This document shows, in pieces, positions 30,785-33,927 of a stretch of 33,927 nt of DNA. The DNA is from Patescibacteria group bacterium (lineage in GTDB: Bacteria; Patescibacteriota; Patescibacteriia; UBA1558; UBA10009), in the NCBI GenBank assembly GCA_035290305.1, contig DATDUR010000096.1, forward strand, positions 1 through 33,927, given 5' to 3'. Below the pieces are notes generated by a model. The model did no database searches, was not told the origin of the DNA, and saw only the letters and a list, made by a program, of their open reading frames with translations. Position 1 is the stretch's first letter, and the number at the start of each line of letters is the position of its first letter. Position numbers and translations under genes: made by a program.

Positions 30785-31837
30785 ATGGACTCTTTTGTCA
30801 TCACTAAAATCTTCGCCTTAACGGCTTGTTCGTTTATCCTGGCCATGGCCCTAACGCCGCTTTTGACCCATTATCTCTACAAATACAAACTTGGCAAACA
30901 AATCAGGTTAAGCGAAAAATCGCCGATTTTTTCCAAACTTCATCATAAAAAGCAGGGCACGCCGACTATGGGCGGCGTTATCATCTGGTTGACGGTCTTG
31001 GTCGTGGCCCTGGTTTTTTTCTATCTGGCCAAGCTTTTCCCCGAAACTTTTTTTGCCCGGCTGAACTTTTTAACCAGGCCGGAAACTTTATTGCCGTTGG
31101 GAGTTTTCATCTGCTCGGCCGTGGTCGGGCTGATTGACGACCTCTTGGGAGTAAAAGGCATCGGCCCGAACGGCGGCGGTTTAAACATGAAACATCGTTT
31201 GTTGATTTACACGGCTATTGCCAGCGTCGGGGCTTTTTGGTTTTACTACAAACTGGACTGGGACGTGATGCACGTGCCGTTTCTGGGCAATTTTGAGATT
31301 GACTGGTGGTATATACCCATCTTCATCTTCATTATCGTGGCCAGTTCTTTTTCGGTCAACGAAACCGACGGGCTGGACGGCCTGGCCGGCGGCACCCTCT
31401 TAACCTGTTTTGCCGCGCTGGGCGCCTTCTCCTTTATTTTAGGGAAATATGACCTGGCTACTTTCTGCGGCGTGATTGCCGGGGCCCTGCTGGCTTTTTT
31501 GTGGTTCAACATCAACCCGGCCAGATTCTTTATGGGCGACACCGGCGCTATGTCTTTGGGCGTAACTCTGGGCATCGTGGCCATGCTCACCAATACGGCC
31601 CTGCTCCTGCCGATTATCGGCTTTGTGCTGGTGATGGAATCTCTGTCGGTTATTATCCAGCTTACCGTTAAAAAACTGGGCCACGGCAAAAAAGTCTTTT
31701 TATCCACCCCGATTCATCATCATTTTGAAGCCATCGGCTGGTCCGAACCCAAAATCGTCATGAGATTCTGGGTTATTTCCGGAGTCATGGCCGTGGCCGG
31801 ACTGATTATCTTTTTAATTGACAAAGGCTGGTATTAA
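30785..31837 (+). CDS. mraY: phospho-N-acetylmuramoyl-pentapeptide transferase
   Basis: 350 aa, polytopic, with KQGTPTMGG, NETDGLDGLA, MGDTGAMSLG and PIHHHFE. Confidence 0.96.
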   Translation: MDSFVITKIFALTACSFILAMALTPLLTHYLYKYKLGKQIRLSEKSPIFSKLHHKKQGTPTMGGVIIWLTVLVVALVFFYLAKLFPETFFARLNFLTRPETLLPLGVFICSAVVGLIDDLLGVKGIGPNGGGLNMKHRLLIYTAIASVGAFWFYYKLDWDVMHVPFLGNFEIDWWYIPIFIFIIVASSFSVNETDGLDGLAGGTLLTCFAALGAFSFILGKYDLATFCGVIAGALLAFLWFNINPARFFMGDTGAMSLGVTLGIVAMLTNTALLLPIIGFVLVMESLSVIIQLTVKKLGHGKKVFLSTPIHHHFEAIGWSEPKIVMRFWVISGVMAVAGLIIFLIDKGWY

Positions 31838-31876
31838 CTTAATTTCAAATTTTCAATTTTTAATTTTAAAACTTCA

Positions 31877-33208
31877 ATGGGATTAACTGATTTGACAAAC
31901 AAAAAAATCGCATTATTGGGATTGGGCCTGGAAAATTATTCCCTGGCCCGTTGGCTTTTAAAGCATAGGATTAACTGCCGGTTGACCGTTTTGGACGCCC
32001 GCTCTAAGCGGGATTTAAAAAAATTGCCGGCTGAAAAAATCAACTATGTTTTGGGCAAAAATTACGACCGCGGACTTACGGATTATGACATAATAGTACG
32101 CGCTCCGGGCTATCCTCAAAAAAGCGAAGCTTTAGTTAAAGCCAAATCAGCCGGGGTTAAAATAACCTCGGCCATTAATCTGTTTTTTGAGCTTTGTCCG
32201 ACAAAAAACATTATCGGAGTAACCGGCACCAAAGGCAAGGGCACGACCGCCAGCCTGATTCAGCACTTGCTTAAAAAAGCCGGTCAAAAAGTTTTTCTGG
32301 GCGGCAATATCGGCATCGCTCCTTTTGATTTTATTGATAAACTGGATAAAAAATCCTACGCGGTGCTGGAACTTTCCAGCTTTCATCTTGAAGACATTGA
32401 ACATAGTCCTCACCTGGCCGTTGTTACCAATTTCTACGCCGAACATCTGGCTCCGGCGGATCCGGTTAACCCCAATTACCACCCAAGTTTAAAAAACTAC
32501 TGGTCGGCCAAACTGAAGATAGCCTTTTTTCAGAACTCCGGGGATTTTCTGATTGCCAATCAAAAATTAAAAGCGCGCCTTAAAAATTCCGGCCTCAAAT
32601 CCAACATCCGCTACTTTGGCAAAGCGGACTTAAAATCAAAGCTCTTAGGCGAACATAATAAAGAAAACGTAGCCGCGGCCGTCTTGGCCGCCCGACTTTT
32701 AAAAATAAAACCGGCGATAATCAAGCGGGCGGTCGGCGATTTTAAAGGGCTGGAACACCGGCTGGAGCCGGTTAAAACCGTCGGGGGCGTTAAATTCTAC
32801 AACGATTCCTTCGCCACCACGCCGGAAAGTTCAATGCTGGCCTTAAAATCATTTAAAGAACCGATTATTTTGTTATGCGGCGGAGCCGATAAAAAATCCG
32901 ATTTTAAAAAATTCGCCGCCGCCATAAAAAAAAGAGTCAAATTCGTCGTCCTCTTAAACGGCCGAGCCACGCCGCGGATTAAAAAAGAACTGTTGAAAAT
33001 AAAATTTCCGCAAAATAAAATGAAACTGGTTTTTAACGTTAACCAGGCCGTTCACCAGGCTCAAAATCACGCCGCGGCGGGGGAGATAATCCTGCTTTCC
33101 ACCGGCTGCGCCAGCTTCGGCCTGTTTAAAAATTATAAGGAACGCGGCCGCCTTTTTAAACAGGCGGTTAAAAATCTTAAAAATGAAAAAAAGAAATTAT
33201 TTAAATAA
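31877..33208 (+). CDS. murD: UDP-N-acetylmuramoylalanine--D-glutamate ligase
   Basis: 443 aa with the Mur ligase P-loop GVTGTKGKGTT, plus GLEHRLE and NDSFATTPES. Confidence 0.95.
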   Translation: MGLTDLTNKKIALLGLGLENYSLARWLLKHRINCRLTVLDARSKRDLKKLPAEKINYVLGKNYDRGLTDYDIIVRAPGYPQKSEALVKAKSAGVKITSAINLFFELCPTKNIIGVTGTKGKGTTASLIQHLLKKAGQKVFLGGNIGIAPFDFIDKLDKKSYAVLELSSFHLEDIEHSPHLAVVTNFYAEHLAPADPVNPNYHPSLKNYWSAKLKIAFFQNSGDFLIANQKLKARLKNSGLKSNIRYFGKADLKSKLLGEHNKENVAAAVLAARLLKIKPAIIKRAVGDFKGLEHRLEPVKTVGGVKFYNDSFATTPESSMLALKSFKEPIILLCGGADKKSDFKKFAAAIKKRVKFVVLLNGRATPRIKKELLKIKFPQNKMKLVFNVNQAVHQAQNHAAAGEIILLSTGCASFGLFKNYKERGRLFKQAVKNLKNEKKKLFK

Positions 33209-33927
33209 AATCAAAGAACTCCTGTCTAAACCGTTTGCTTATCAGCATTACCATCATCCGCCTGATTATGTTTTTATCATAACTTTAGGTTTAATTATTT
33301 TTTTCGGCCTGATAATGCTGTCTTCGGCCAGTTCGGTTCAGGGCTTCCAGAAATTCGCGGACAGCTACTGGTTTTTTAAGCACCAGCTGTTCAAAGGGCT
33401 GATTCCGGGCCTTATCGCTTTTTACATCGCTTCCCAGATAGATTACCGCGTCTGGAAAAAACACGCCTTTACCATGCTGCTGGTAAGCGTCGGCCTGTTG
33501 ATTCTGGTTTTTATCCCGGGTCTGGGCGTAAGCTACGGCAAAACTCAAAGCTGGCTGCAATTCGGCCCCGTGGGCTTTCAACCCACGGAGATAGTCAAGC
33601 TGACTTTTTTGATTTATCTGGCCACCTGGCTGGAAAGGCGGGGCGAGCGGGGCTTAAAAGATCCCCAGTACGGCCTGCTGCCTTTTTTATTCGCTCTGGG
33701 CGTCATCAGCTTTTTAATTTTGGCCCAGCCCGATACGGGCAGTTTGATGATTATCATCGCCATCAGCCTGATGGTTTACTTTCTGGCCGGCGCGCCGCTT
33801 AAACACCTTTTGGGCATTATCATCGGCGGACTGCTGATTCTGTTTATCGCCATTCAAGTAACCCCTTACCGGCTGGACAGGATTACCGCCTTTTTTAATC
33901 CGGCCGCGGATCCCCAGGGCATCGGCT
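33183..33927 (+). CDS. ftsW: SEDS-family peptidoglycan polymerase FtsW (3' end outside window)
   Basis: The frame is open from ATG 33183 to the window edge, so it is not in the ORF track. Translation is MKKRNYLNKIKELL...LIMLSSASS...GFQPTEIVKLTFLIYLA...QPDTGSL. It follows murD as in dcw clusters and overlaps murD by 26 nt. Confidence 0.9.
   Translation, partial: MKKRNYLNKIKELLSKPFAYQHYHHPPDYVFIITLGLIIFFGLIMLSSASSVQGFQKFADSYWFFKHQLFKGLIPGLIAFYIASQIDYRVWKKHAFTMLLVSVGLLILVFIPGLGVSYGKTQSWLQFGPVGFQPTEIVKLTFLIYLATWLERRGERGLKDPQYGLLPFLFALGVISFLILAQPDTGSLMIIIAISLMVYFLAGAPLKHLLGIIIGGLLILFIAIQVTPYRLDRITAFFNPAADPQGIG

Noticed and set aside
31246-31707. 153-aa and 81-aa minus-strand ORFs inside mraY
   Set aside because: They are shadow ORFs opposite a well-supported mraY gene, with no start context or motifs.
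33291-33581. 96-aa minus-strand ORF at the end of the window
   Set aside because: It is antisense to an open plus-strand frame (33183 to the window edge) that translates into a clear FtsW/SEDS protein. That plus-strand frame is missing from the track only because it has no stop codon in the window.

Overview
This 33.9-kb window is gene-dense bacterial DNA using the standard genetic code: TAA, TAG and TGA all terminate recognisable genes. The gene content, short overlapping genes and near-total lack of Shine-Dalgarno (SD) sequences suggest an uncultivated small-genome bacterium (Patescibacteria/CPR-like). That assignment is inference only. From 1 to 12.0 kb there is a cell-envelope glycan cluster: ugd, a GtrB-like GT2 with a DUF2304 partner, further GT2/GT4 enzymes, a SAM methyltransferase, two very large polytopic membrane proteins and an anchored exported protein. 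From 12.5 to 18.3 kb lies a complete dTDP-L-rhamnose pathway (rfbC, rfbB, rfbD, rfbA-like), interrupted by HIT, a PfkB kinase and ahcY. From 18.4 to 24.5 kb the genes are housekeeping: a PEGA protein, murA, an S41 peptidase, rplI and pyrG. From 24.5 to 30.4 kb there is an accessory hot spot. Its first part is a tRNA-Gln(UUG) preceded by a broken duplicate of its own 5' part and by a GIY-YIG ORF whose stop codon lies inside the tRNA. Next come a PD-(D/E)xK-like ORF and a divergent PilB/GspE-like ATPase with a duplicated zinc-ribbon partner. The most notable item is a 2.9-kb cassette bounded by 72-nt inverted repeats. It carries an APH-type kinase, a radical-SAM/SPASM maturase with an N-terminal RRE-like domain (broken by one in-frame TAA), and an unannotated 31-aa ORF with a strong SD and its own terminator, which is a candidate RiPP precursor. 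From 30.4 kb to the end lies a dcw fragment: a small membrane protein, mraY, murD and ftsW (3'-truncated by the window edge). No rRNA genes, CRISPR array, transposase or integrase are visible.
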